Shown: positions 6,416 through 15,315, counted from the stretch's first letter. The stretch is 16,258 nt of DNA from a virus (IMGVR_UViG_3300011772_000022:1-16258), one strand, 5' to 3'. Notes: generated by a model not told the origin, from the sequence alone. Made by a program: numbers and translations.

Positions 6416-6907
6416 TTATAGCTTCGTCATCTCAAGGAAAACAAGGTCATATGGATGTTTCTCATCCTTAGGTTGCATCCCGATTGTTCTACTTGCAAAT
6501 AACCTTTCTGGCTCTTCAAAGAATGTATCCCCTTCAAATTCACCATCGATAACGGTTACATAATACGTATCAATGAAAGGTTCGAATTGCTTATAGATTT
6601 CGGCTCCACCTATAACCCACATTTCTTCTAGGTACATTCGGTGTGTAGATAAGATTTCATCTACGGAATGCATTACCATAGCATCTCCTGCATCGTAATT
6701 CTCATCCCGAGTCAGAACTATATTCAATCTATCCTTCAGTGGTCCATTTGGTAACGATTCGAATGTCTTTCTCCCCATTACCACAATCCCAGTATCTTGT
6801 GTCGTCATCTTGTTGAAATGTTTCATATCGGCAGGAAGATGACCCCAAGGCATCTTCCCATCCTTCCCAATAACACCATTAACGGACATCGCTACAATCG
6901 CTCTCAT
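6416..6907 (-). CDS. folA: Dihydrofolate reductase
   Basis: IGKDGKMPW, DMKHF, VMGRKTFESL, PLKDRLNIVLTR and VIGGAEIY; TAATG-coupled to thyA. Confidence 0.95.
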   Translation of the reverse strand: MRAIVAMSVNGVIGKDGKMPWGHLPADMKHFNKMTTQDTGIVVMGRKTFESLPNGPLKDRLNIVLTRDENYDAGDAMVMHSVDEILSTHRMYLEEMWVIGGAEIYKQFEPFIDTYYVTVIDGEFEGDTFFEEPERLFASRTIGMQPKDEKHPYDLVFLEMTKL

Positions 6908-7755
6908 TACTCTGCCACCGGAATGACTATTTTACCCATTGGATTGTACTCCACCACTTTGAAATGCTCTACTCTAAAATCGTAGAAGTTTTTCACGTCT
7001 GGGTCGATTATCAATTGCGGTAATGATTGGTGTTGGAAGCCTACGTAACGACGTTTCATTTCTGCTGCTGCATCTAGGTGACGGTCATAAATGTGTAGGT
7101 CACCGATGTCATGAATCAGTTTTCCGACTCGTAAACCATTTACCTGCGCCACCATTGCCTGTAATACTGCATATTGAGCAACATTCCAGTTATTCGCAGT
7201 AATCAAATCAGAAGAGCGTTGCATTAATTTTAGATGTAATTCCCCACCTAATACTCTCCAATGAGTACCAAAAGCACAAGGTCGTAAGTTCATGTGTGGA
7301 ATATCTTCTGGTATAAAGATATTTGTCATGATTCCTCTATCCCAAGGCTTCTTACTGATATCGTACAGTACCTTATCAAACTGGTCCATCGTTCCTTCAG
7401 CGTAGTCAATTGGCTTTGCAATCTGGTAACCGTAGGCTCTTCCGATTGAACCTCTTTCATCCGCCCATTGATTCCATATCTTACTGTTTAAATCATTTAC
7501 GTTATTAGATTTTCGTTGGAAAATCCATAGAATCTCATCCACAAGTGCTTCGAAGTTCATGTCACGTAATTCAGTAAGAGGGAAAGCCTGTGATGGTCGG
7601 TATTCATTCTGATATCCGAAAATGCTCTTATAATGAGCGTCCTCTCCGTCTTTCCATTTCGTACGGACCTTCATCGTAGGCTCATTATAACTCCATATAC
7701 CATCTTTCAGTACCTTATCAATCATCTGTATTTGTATTAGGTCTGTATATGCCAT
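6907..7755 (-). CDS. thyA: Thymidylate synthase (ThyA type)
   Basis: IGRAYGYQ, catalytic RPC, QRSSD, NVAQY (dUMP-specifying Asn) and DLHIY. Confidence 0.95.
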   Translation of the reverse strand: MAYTDLIQIQMIDKVLKDGIWSYNEPTMKVRTKWKDGEDAHYKSIFGYQNEYRPSQAFPLTELRDMNFEALVDEILWIFQRKSNNVNDLNSKIWNQWADERGSIGRAYGYQIAKPIDYAEGTMDQFDKVLYDISKKPWDRGIMTNIFIPEDIPHMNLRPCAFGTHWRVLGGELHLKLMQRSSDLITANNWNVAQYAVLQAMVAQVNGLRVGKLIHDIGDLHIYDRHLDAAAEMKRRYVGFQHQSLPQLIIDPDVKNFYDFRVEHFKVVEYNPMGKIVIPVAE

Positions 7756-8015
7756 TACTCAGCTTCCTCCTCTAATTCTTCAACTTTTGATTCTAATATT
7801 TCTACCTGACCAGTCAATTCATCTATATAATTACCTAAAGATAATTTATCAGCCAGTAGTTGTTGTACCTGTGTGTCAACCTCTCCGGCTAACCCTTCAA
7901 GGGCATTAATCATAGTTAGGCTTAAATCCTCTTTATGCTCATCGATGAATGATTCAATCAGGGATGCGACCTCAGTTTCTCTTCCAATAGAAACACCTAT
8001 CAGACTAATCGCCAC
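7755..8015 (-). CDS. Hypothetical acidic coiled-coil protein (86 aa)
   Basis: GTG start with AGGGGGAG RBS; fills the gap between the Nudix gene and thyA. Confidence 0.75.
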   Translation of the reverse strand: MAISLIGVSIGRETEVASLIESFIDEHKEDLSLTMINALEGLAGEVDTQVQQLLADKLSLGNYIDELTGQVEILESKVEELEEEAE

Positions 8016-8016
8016 T

Positions 8017-8694
8017 CTAGTTCTCCCCCTTCAGTTCTTCTTCAGTAAGTTCGTCTAATACTTCCGCCGCATATTGTGACCATGATTCTAGACGGTCGAA
8101 TATTTTACCTTGCTGCAATTCGATTACATCCATCCATACGCCTTCTAGTGTATCCGTTTCACGAACCTTAATTTCCGCTTCTTCTGGGAAGTACAGTTCA
8201 ATTAAGATACCGATGTGGACCTGACCAACCTCTGTTTCATCGTTGATAATCCCTTTTAGATTTACTTCAGGTGGAGCCGGAGTTGTAATTTCTAGCTCCT
8301 CTGTTAGTTCTCTCATATAGTTATGGATAAGTAAGTGTGAAAATTGAGGTTTCGTTTCCCCACCTTTAATCTCTAATGGGTTCATATGACCGCCAACACC
8401 AATGGATATTTTACCGTGCAGCTTTTCTTCTCCGCCGCCTTCTAATCGTTTATAAGCAAACACCTTGTTTCCTTTACGTACCACAAGGTAAGGGATTGGT
8501 TGTTTGTAATCCGTATTCTCTTCTGCATCTCCACGGCGCATCGATGTATAGTTAAGGGCAATGTTTCCTAAAATCTGTGATACTTTCCCTTGGTGAATTT
8601 CAGTTCCTACAAAGTGCAGGCTTTCTGTATGTGTTGCTCCTGCAAAAATCTTTTCTGTCTCTGCTACCACAATAATTTCATCATATTTACTCAT
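8017..8694 (-). CDS. YmaB-like (COG4112-type) Nudix hydrolase
   Basis: RRGDAEEN..YKQPIPY, KLHGKISIGVGGHMN, RELTEEL (Nudix box), GIIND..VGQVHIG and LESWSQ. Confidence 0.85.
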   Translation of the reverse strand: MSKYDEIIVVAETEKIFAGATHTESLHFVGTEIHQGKVSQILGNIALNYTSMRRGDAEENTDYKQPIPYLVVRKGNKVFAYKRLEGGGEEKLHGKISIGVGGHMNPLEIKGGETKPQFSHLLIHNYMRELTEELEITTPAPPEVNLKGIINDETEVGQVHIGILIELYFPEEAEIKVRETDTLEGVWMDVIELQQGKIFDRLESWSQYAAEVLDELTEEELKGEN

Positions 8695-8726
8695 TAGAAT
8701 CGCTCCTCGTTTATCTTTTATTTTGA

Positions 8727-8746
8727 GAGCCGCCCGAAGGCGCCCC
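8727..8746 (-). other. Intercistronic cUUCGg hairpin without a U-tract
   Basis: Minus strand GGGGCGCC-TTCG-GGCGGCTC just after the stop at 8749, followed by A-rich sequence. Confidence 0.6.
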
Positions 8747-8748
8747 GG

Positions 8749-8958
8749 TTATGCTTTTGGATTTAATAATGCATCTAGTGCCTCAGCATCTAATCCTAGA
8801 CGACTTACTAATTCAGCAGCAAGCACTTCTTCCTCTTTTAGTGTTCGTTTCGTAACCCCACGACTTGAATTCGTTTCTTTAGTTGAATTAATCGCATTCC
8901 AGTAAAAGGCTCCTAATAGTTCTTCCATCGTTGCTTTCTTTGCTTCTGTCTTATTCAT
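8749..8958 (-). CDS. Hypothetical protein (about 69 aa)
   Basis: AAGGGAG RBS is best spaced to ATG 8958 (8964 is the alternative); overlaps the upstream stop. Confidence 0.7.
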   Translation of the reverse strand: MNKTEAKKATMEELLGAFYWNAINSTKETNSSRGVTKRTLKEEEVLAAELVSRLGLDAEALDALLNPKA

Positions 8959-9199
8959 TGTCATCTTCTCCCTTCTTATAACGACCATCGAATGTTTCCC
9001 CATCTAGATAGCCGTCTTTGTCATAAGAAGTTACTCGAATCCAACCGTTTTTCTGGAAGGTTCTTACTTCCATTCCTACACCTTGTTGAAGTGCAACCGC
9101 AATCGTTTCACCTGCTGTGTTTTTCCCACCGTAAAGGTTAGATTCCGTCGTGTGGATAAAATTCTTAATGTCTTCTGTCTTTTCCAATGAAAGTATCAT
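8951..9199 (-). CDS. Hypothetical phage protein (82 aa)
   Basis: AGGAGGAG RBS before ATG 9199; NGWIRV...DG.LDGETF pattern, function unknown. Confidence 0.75.
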   Translation of the reverse strand: MILSLEKTEDIKNFIHTTESNLYGGKNTAGETIAVALQQGVGMEVRTFQKNGWIRVTSYDKDGYLDGETFDGRYKKGEDDNE

Positions 9200-9223
9200 G
9201 TGTATCTCCTCCTGTATCAAAAG

Positions 9224-9262
9224 TATAAGGTTAAAGGATATGTGTCATCCTCTAACCTTATA
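9224..9262 (-). terminator. 16-bp hairpin downstream of nrdF (terminator or processing site)
   Basis: TATAAGGTTAGAGGAT-GACACAT-ATCCTTTAACCTTATA pairs fully on the minus strand (one G-U), followed by CTTTT. Confidence 0.55.
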
Positions 9263-9288
9263 GTATCTTACCCTATGCAACTAGTGAA

Positions 9289-10269
9289 TTAGAATTGGAA
9301 ACCTTCGAAAGCGGCATCGTCTAGCTTTTCAACCTTACCTGCTTTTACATACCCATTTCCCTTTTGAGAAAAGAAGTCATGGTTATCTGTTTCCGTGCTC
9401 AGTCCTTGTTTTACAATCGGATTGATTTCGACTCCTTCATACATCTCTTCAAACCCAAGGTTCATCAAGGCTTTATTTGCGTTATACTTCAGGAAATTGT
9501 TAACTGGTTCTACAAGCCCAATTTCCCCGTAGATTTCATCTGTATAGCGCATCTCGTTTCGCATAAGGTCCTGAATCAGTGCTTGAACCCACATCTTCAT
9601 CTTCTTCTGCACATCAGGAGAGAATGAATTGTAAAGTTCTTGCGCTCGTAACCCGACAAAAATACCGTGGATGCTTTCGTCACGAATTATCAACTTGATA
9701 ATCTCACCACTATTTGTCATGCGACCTTGCCCTTTTAGGTATAAAGGATAGAAGAAACCGCTATAGAAAAGGTATGTCTCTAAACAAACGGAGGCAACCA
9801 TTGCTTTGTATCGTTGTTCCGGCGTTACAGTTGGTTGGAACAAGTTATAATACAATCCACCAATTCGCTTCGCTTTATAATCTAGATATTCGTTACTTTC
9901 GACCCAATTAAATGTTTCGTCGATAGTTTCCAAGTCATCTAGTGAAGTAAAGATATACGAATAGGATTTAGCGTGTACTTCCTCCATTGCTCCCATGAAT
10001 GCGAATACGGCTTTTGCCTGTAAGTTCGGCTCATGTAACAAGATTAGTGGCATACCTTCACCACCCTGTTTCGTATCTAAGAATGTTAAGCCCCCAAGCA
10101 CACGTCTGTATGCCTTTTTCTCTGCGGGTGACATCTTCTCAGCCCATGTGATTTTGTCACCTTCTAATGAAATCTCTTCTTCTGTCCAGAACTGTTGTTG
10201 GTTCTGTTTCCAGAACATTAACGAGTAGTCGTCTTCTGGTTTGTTCCAGTTTACCGCCTTAACACCCAT
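9289..10269 (-). CDS. nrdF: Class Ib ribonucleotide reductase beta subunit
   Basis: WNKPED, FW..EEI, LTFLDTKQG, EEVHAKSY (radical Tyr), LETYLFYSGF, RDESIHG and HDFFSQKGNGY. Confidence 0.96.
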   Translation of the reverse strand: MGVKAVNWNKPEDDYSLMFWKQNQQQFWTEEEISLEGDKITWAEKMSPAEKKAYRRVLGGLTFLDTKQGGEGMPLILLHEPNLQAKAVFAFMGAMEEVHAKSYSYIFTSLDDLETIDETFNWVESNEYLDYKAKRIGGLYYNLFQPTVTPEQRYKAMVASVCLETYLFYSGFFYPLYLKGQGRMTNSGEIIKLIIRDESIHGIFVGLRAQELYNSFSPDVQKKMKMWVQALIQDLMRNEMRYTDEIYGEIGLVEPVNNFLKYNANKALMNLGFEEMYEGVEINPIVKQGLSTETDNHDFFSQKGNGYVKAGKVEKLDDAAFEGFQF

Positions 10270-10290
10270 ATTGTATCTTCCTCTCTGTCT

Positions 10291-12378
10291 CTAAATGCTG
10301 CAAGCGATGCAGTCTTCGATGCCTTGCTTTCTAGTTCGTGTATAATACAAGGATTTCAACCCTTTACCTGCCGCATAAATGTAATGACTCGCAAGTTCTT
10401 TTGTAGAAATGTCACTGTTTACGAATAGAATCGTAGAAATACCTTGGTCAACATGCTCCTGAATCTCCGCCACAAGGTCTAGCCATTTGCGTTGGTCCAT
10501 ATCATATGCCGTCTTCATGTAGTACATGTAAGTGTCACGGTTTAAGAATGGCATCGGGAAGTACGTTGTTGCATTTGCGTACGTTCTTGTTTCGATTTGG
10601 CTTACAATCGGTTGTATTGAAGCCGTAGCATTTTGTAGATAGCTAATGCTTTGCGTAGGAGCAATTGCCAAACGATAAGCATTAAACAATCCATATTGTT
10701 TTACTTGACCACGTAACCATTTCCACGCCTGCTTTGTTGGAACCTCGATTCCTTCAAATAGATTTTGTACCTTTTCCGTTTGCGGTCGGTAATCAGTAGC
10801 CACATATTTATCGAAGTATTCACCTGTTGCATAATCCGATAATTCGAATCCTTTATACGTCTCTTCTTTCTCTCGAGCAATCTCCATACTCTTTTGTAGA
10901 GAATAGAAGTTCATCATCATGAAGAATGTACGAACAAAGTCTTTCGCTTCTTCTGATTCAAATGCAATGTAGTTTTTAGCTAAAAAGCCATGTAAGTTCA
11001 TAGCGCCTAGTCCTACAGAGTGTAATTCATCATTTGCTTTCTTCACACCCGGAGCATTTGCAACCTTTGTTTGTGTCGATACAGAAGTTAATGCTTCCAT
11101 ACCTGCAAATACCGCCTCTTTGATTTGTTTATTCTCCATTACATTCACGATGTTTAGGGAACCAAGGTTACATGAAATGTCACGACGGATTTCATCTTCG
11201 ATACCATAATCGTTAATTGTCGAAGTTTCTTGCAGTTGCATTATCTCGGTACATAAATTAGACATTTTTACTGTCCCAAGGCGATGATTTGCATGTTTAC
11301 GGTTTGTATTCGTTTTGTTGAATAGGTATGGATATCCGGATTCTAATTGAATAGCAGCAACCTTCACCAACATATCACGAGCCGTCACATCCAATTTCTT
11401 TTTCTTCACCATTGGATTTTGTACCAGTTCATCATACATAAGGTCTAGGTCCATATCATCAAGGTGTACGCCATAAGCCTGATATACAGTTAATGGAGCG
11501 AATACATAATAATCTTCGTTCTCCGCACATAACTTGTAAAATCGATTCGGGATAACAAGACCAATTGAAAGTGATTGGATACGAGACTTCTCATCGGCAT
11601 TTATTTTCTTTGTATCGAGGTATTCGATAATATCCCAGTGGAAGATGTTAAGGTAAGTAGCCCCGGCACCTTTTCGTTGACCAAGTTGATTAGCATATGC
11701 GAATGAATCTTCTAAAAGTTTCATAACCGGAACAACGCCTGAAGCAGCATTCTCGATTCCTTTAATCGATTCACCACGACCACGTAATTTTCCTAGATTA
11801 AGAGCCACGCCTCCGCCAATTTTAGATAGCTGCATTGCAGTACCGATGTTGTAATTGATTGAGTTTAATGAGTCATCCATCTCTGTTAAGAAACACGAAA
11901 CCATTTCTCCGCGTCTAGCTCTTCCCGCATTTAAGAATGTTGGTGTTGCAGGTTGGTAGTTTTGTGTTACGATTTGCTCAATTAGAGTTTTCGCTTTCTT
12001 ATGGACTCCCTCTGATAAGTATAGTGCCACGATGAGCGCTCGGTCTTCGAAATCTTCAATAATAAATTTCTTGTCATTCGTACGTAATGCATAATCGTTA
12101 TAGAATTTCTGTGCCGCCATGAAGGATTGGAATTCAAATCCGAATGAGTGAGCGAATTCATATAATCCTACGATTTGGTCTTCCGTAAATTGCTCAAATA
12201 CATCATAGTAGAAGTCATTAGCTACTAAGAAGCGGAAGCGCTCTATGACTGACGAAAACTTCATGCGTTGTTTCGAAATCTCCTCCATATATAACGCTAA
12301 GGCTTCTTTATCCTTTTCTAGGTCAAAGAAACCATCCTTCATATCCTTTATCTCTGCATTCTTCTCAATATATTTCAC
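10291..12378 (-). CDS. nrdE: Class Ib ribonucleotide reductase alpha subunit
   Basis: QPATPTFLNAG, SCFL, SNLCTE, SCNLGSLN, AIAPT, KSLYYTRT and C-terminal CIAC. Start is most likely GTG 12378 (GTGA overlap with nrdI); the track's 12390 is the alternative. Confidence 0.96.
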   Translation of the reverse strand: MKYIEKNAEIKDMKDGFFDLEKDKEALALYMEEISKQRMKFSSVIERFRFLVANDFYYDVFEQFTEDQIVGLYEFAHSFGFEFQSFMAAQKFYNDYALRTNDKKFIIEDFEDRALIVALYLSEGVHKKAKTLIEQIVTQNYQPATPTFLNAGRARRGEMVSCFLTEMDDSLNSINYNIGTAMQLSKIGGGVALNLGKLRGRGESIKGIENAASGVVPVMKLLEDSFAYANQLGQRKGAGATYLNIFHWDIIEYLDTKKINADEKSRIQSLSIGLVIPNRFYKLCAENEDYYVFAPLTVYQAYGVHLDDMDLDLMYDELVQNPMVKKKKLDVTARDMLVKVAAIQLESGYPYLFNKTNTNRKHANHRLGTVKMSNLCTEIMQLQETSTINDYGIEDEIRRDISCNLGSLNIVNVMENKQIKEAVFAGMEALTSVSTQTKVANAPGVKKANDELHSVGLGAMNLHGFLAKNYIAFESEEAKDFVRTFFMMMNFYSLQKSMEIAREKEETYKGFELSDYATGEYFDKYVATDYRPQTEKVQNLFEGIEVPTKQAWKWLRGQVKQYGLFNAYRLAIAPTQSISYLQNATASIQPIVSQIETRTYANATTYFPMPFLNRDTYMYYMKTAYDMDQRKWLDLVAEIQEHVDQGISTILFVNSDISTKELASHYIYAAGKGLKSLYYTRTRKQGIEDCIACSI

Positions 12379-12728
12379 CTTTCCCCACACCTCTCCACGA
12401 ATATCTCCACATCCATCGATGTCCCCGATAATTCAAATTTTGATATTACATCCACACTATAAAGAGCAGCTATTTTATCCGCTGCTACACCAAAGTTATC
12501 GCCCCAATTGCGATTTCCACTCGAAGCGACCCCTTGTAAATACTTGTTGTTAGATTCTAAAAATTCTAATGTTGTTTCAGGTACCTGCCCAAACCCTGTC
12601 GTATATGTTACGAGAATGAATGGTTCCGTCACCAAGAGACCATCGGAAACCTTTACCAGTGGAATACCTTGCAGCTTATCTATAAATCTCTGAACGTTAC
12701 CCGTCCGAGAATCATATGCGACAAGCAT
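12375..12728 (-). CDS. nrdI: Flavodoxin-like NrdI
   Basis: YDSRTGNVQRF, TYTTGFGQVP, GVASSGNRNWG and KFELSGT. Confidence 0.96.
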   Translation of the reverse strand: MLVAYDSRTGNVQRFIDKLQGIPLVKVSDGLLVTEPFILVTYTTGFGQVPETTLEFLESNNKYLQGVASSGNRNWGDNFGVAADKIAALYSVDVISKFELSGTSMDVEIFVERCGER

Positions 12729-12774
12729 ACGCCCTCACTTCCTCCCCCTTATATTCAGTTTTGCCTAGACTTTA

Positions 12775-12783
12775 ATTATACCA
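12775..12783 (-). promoter_or_regulatory. Extended -10 promoter element upstream of nrdI
   Basis: TGGTATAAT in the only sizeable gap before nrdI; no good -35 element. Confidence 0.6.
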
Positions 12784-12820
12784 TTTCTTGGACAGGTGTA
12801 ACTATTTTAAATACGAAAAT

Positions 12821-13219
12821 TTAGACATCTCTCTTTAGCATATCTAGTATTTCGAGCCAAGTGTCTTCTTGGACTACTACAAGATGTAGGTCCTCCCCAT
12901 CGATGTCTAGTTCGATTTGCATTGCAGGTTGCTTATTCTCTGTCTTGATAGCCTTCTGCTTTATCTCTGCCCATAAGTCAGTTGTTAGTCGAAATCCCTT
13001 GTTGGTAGTCTGTTTCTGCTCATATAGGAAAGCGGTTAGGTCATCAACCAATGACCCGCCCGCCTTTACGTCACCTTTACTACTCCATACGGCTCCACTA
13101 CCTGCTTGAGTTCGACCGCCAACTTTGCCTGCCCAACGTTCTTCCTGCTTTTGTGACCTTTTTCTTCTCGTTTTCGCAGTTGGTTCATCATCAGCAAAGT
13201 TAAACACTCTTCGTGCCAT
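12821..13219 (-). CDS. PD-(D/E)XK nuclease, phage Holliday-junction-resolvase-like (132 aa)
   Basis: QEERWA..VGG...GSGA...KGDV...EQKQT; AGGAGGA RBS before ATG 13219. Confidence 0.7.
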   Translation of the reverse strand: MARRVFNFADDEPTAKTRRKRSQKQEERWAGKVGGRTQAGSGAVWSSKGDVKAGGSLVDDLTAFLYEQKQTTNKGFRLTTDLWAEIKQKAIKTENKQPAMQIELDIDGEDLHLVVVQEDTWLEILDMLKRDV

Positions 13220-13229
13220 AGTAGTCCTC

Positions 13230-13622
13230 CTAGTATTCAGTCGATGCAAGCATACCCGGAAGTTCTCCGATATACTCCATAAACTCTGCATAGTTTGTTT
13301 TTGTTTTAGTTATGTCATGGTCTCCTGCCTTTTCTCGTTTGAACATACGACATACCTCTAACATAGGTTCAGGTAACCCTTCTGTTGTAGTCCAGAAAGT
13401 TTCGTGTAGTGGACATTCTCTAAAATGGTCAGGGTCGATTGCTTCCTCTCGGCTCAGACCTGTTTGCTCCATATACCACTTCAGACCTTCTTCTAAGTCG
13501 TTTGCAGCAATCCAATCGTATTCATTCAGTTTCCATGCCCTTGCCGTCGTAATATCTACTCCATAATGGTTTACTCGCTTCATACTGCTAATATCCTGCC
13601 CTTGAATTGGCATCCTCATCAT
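13230..13622 (-). CDS. Hypothetical phage protein
   Basis: KLNEYDWIAA...KWY pattern; start uncertain (ATG at 13622, 13619 or 13613). Confidence 0.7.
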   Translation of the reverse strand: MMRMPIQGQDISSMKRVNHYGVDITTARAWKLNEYDWIAANDLEEGLKWYMEQTGLSREEAIDPDHFRECPLHETFWTTTEGLPEPMLEVCRMFKREKAGDHDITKTKTNYAEFMEYIGELPGMLASTEY

Positions 13623-13966
13623 CTCCAATCAGTTAATGTGTGTAACGCTACAGGCATCCCTACAATATAAGTGGCGAAATCTGCCTTTACCAACCAGTCG
13701 TGAACCTCGTTATATAAGTCAATAAGTTCTACAATCTCAGCGACTTTGTGAGGCATCCCTTCTGAATCAGAACCTCTGTTGAGTGGAATACCGATGATGT
13801 GATAATTACTATCCGGTCCATCGTATACCAGAGTAAATTGTGGATTCTTCTCCTTTAGAAGTTCCACCTTCTTCTCTAATTCATCAAACCATTCGTCTTG
13901 GTCTTCTGCCACCTTATATGCAGGTGTTACATCTAATCCCATAATTGCGTAGTGTGTCAATATCAT
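13619..13966 (-). CDS. Hypothetical protein (115 aa)
   Basis: ATGA-coupled ORF in the operon. Confidence 0.75.
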   Translation of the reverse strand: MILTHYAIMGLDVTPAYKVAEDQDEWFDELEKKVELLKEKNPQFTLVYDGPDSNYHIIGIPLNRGSDSEGMPHKVAEIVELIDLYNEVHDWLVKADFATYIVGMPVALHTLTDWR

Positions 13967-14196
13967 GTTACGTTCCCCGCTCTCGTAAAGAATTTAAGCA
14001 TTGTCGTATAAATGTCCTGCACGTCTTCCATCTCTTGACCATTTGCCATGAATTTACCGTCAGCCGTAATCCGCATAACGACTTTACCTTGTACTTCAAA
14101 CGTGATATCACTCGTTCTTTCCAATCGTTCTGATAATTTAACGGTAGTAGAATTAGTTAAGGTCAGTTTGTTTTTCAAAGTCCTTCCACTCCCCAT
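13963..14196 (-). CDS. Hypothetical protein (about 71-77 aa)
   Basis: Overlaps the 3' end of the abrB-like gene; alternative TTG start at 14178. Confidence 0.6.
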   Translation of the reverse strand: MGSGRTLKNKLTLTNSTTVKLSERLERTSDITFEVQGKVVMRITADGKFMANGQEMEDVQDIYTTMLKFFTRAGNVT

Positions 14197-14452
14197 TTAC
14201 TAAGTTTACGATGTCTTTAACCGCCTGTTTAGAAATACGGCGCCCTTTATATTCAATGTATTGACCTTCATTAATACCAGTAAAGATACAATGCTCTACA
14301 TAAGGGCGAATTGTGATTGATTCACCGTTACATGTGATTTCCATTGGTTCTGGTTTCTCAGCACTAAATCCGATGGATTTTAGCATATCCTGCGGTACGT
14401 TGATACGTCCGATTCTGTCTGGTGTTCTTACGATTCCTGTTGTATGTTTCAT
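14153..14452 (-). CDS. abrB: AbrB-family transition-state regulator homologue
   Basis: TGIVRTPDRIGRINVP aligns with AbrB TGIVRKVDELGRVVIP; C-terminal CIFTG...YKGRRISK resembles the AbrB C-terminal domain. Confidence 0.8.
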   Translation of the reverse strand: MKHTTGIVRTPDRIGRINVPQDMLKSIGFSAEKPEPMEITCNGESITIRPYVEHCIFTGINEGQYIEYKGRRISKQAVKDIVNLVNGEWKDFEKQTDLN

Positions 14453-14835
14453 TCTGCTAGTTCCTCCGCATTCTTAAATTTGTCTACTAAATATTCAACT
14501 ACTTCGCTATATTGACCTTCACCGAAGATTGTTTTTGTCTCCCACATTTCAGTAGAAACCGCCTGATTCGGAAGGTATGTTCCTTCATATATGACGATAC
14601 TATCTGAAGTTCTATACTGAGCAAACAAGAAACCGTGAGTGTAGTTCTTTCCAGTTTCCGATTCGAAGTATTCATGTACGATACCATAACCTTGTTCTCG
14701 CCCATTTTGGTAGCATTCTAATCTGAATTCGTGATTAGTTTCTTTTGAGTTAAGTTGTTGGAAATCATAGTCCGCTTCTAACATTGCTACAATAACTTCT
14801 GCTACTGCTAGTGAATAATGCCTTCTAATACCCAT
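14449..14835 (-). CDS. Hypothetical phage protein (128 aa)
   Basis: ATGA-coupled; CYQNGREQGY and FAQYRTSDSIVIY patterns, function unknown. Confidence 0.75.
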   Translation of the reverse strand: MGIRRHYSLAVAEVIVAMLEADYDFQQLNSKETNHEFRLECYQNGREQGYGIVHEYFESETGKNYTHGFLFAQYRTSDSIVIYEGTYLPNQAVSTEMWETKTIFGEGQYSEVVEYLVDKFKNAEELAE

Positions 14836-14837
14836 CT

Positions 14838-15119
14838 TTATCTTCCTCTCTTTGTCAGCATTTTGTGTAATTGTTTATTGTTTTCTTCTCTGTCTTTTTG
14901 TAAATCCGCCCATGATTTGTCTCTTGGCATCATTATAGGCGCCCGGAGAAAGTCATATATCAACGATTGTGCTTCAGTTACAGGCTTACCCAACAAAGCA
15001 GCATACCAGTAACTCATGTCAACCATTGGTGTAATGTTGAAAGAATCGCTTGGAGAGGAGATGTAGAATTCTCTCCAAGCCCTTTCAATTTCTTCTGGTT
15101 TAATCGTTTTAATCTTCAT
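14838..15119 (-). CDS. Hypothetical protein (93 aa)
   Basis: In-operon ORF overlapping the upstream stop. Confidence 0.7.
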   Translation of the reverse strand: MKIKTIKPEEIERAWREFYISSPSDSFNITPMVDMSYWYAALLGKPVTEAQSLIYDFLRAPIMMPRDKSWADLQKDREENNKQLHKMLTKRGR

Positions 15120-15315
15120 CGTTCACGTCATCCACTGAAGATATGATTGTGTTATATAAATGAGCATTGTGTAGGTGGTCATCATATGATTCCTCTAAAA
15201 GCTCATCGACTGCTTCACGATTATCTTTAATCTCTTCCCACTTTTCCTTTGGCACATCTACTTCCACCGGGATACTTAATATTACAGTTGCGAACACTCT
15301 CTTCATCTTTGTCAT
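15109..15315 (-). CDS. Hypothetical acidic protein (68 aa)
   Basis: TAATG overlap with the recA stop. Confidence 0.7.
   Translation of the reverse strand: MTKMKRVFATVILSIPVEVDVPKEKWEEIKDNREAVDELLEESYDDHLHNAHLYNTIISSVDDVNDED

Noticed and set aside
6907-7755. ThyA as a dCMP/dUMP hydroxymethylase for pyrimidine modification
   Set aside because: It keeps the dUMP-specifying Asn and canonical ThyA motifs and is coupled to DHFR, which fits ordinary dTMP synthesis.
9289-12378. Group I introns or inteins in nrdE/nrdF, common in Bacillus phages
   Set aside because: Both ORFs are uninterrupted and of normal length (about 695 and 326 aa).
12729-12820. NrdR box upstream of nrdI
   Set aside because: No convincing palindromic match; only a weak partial resemblance.
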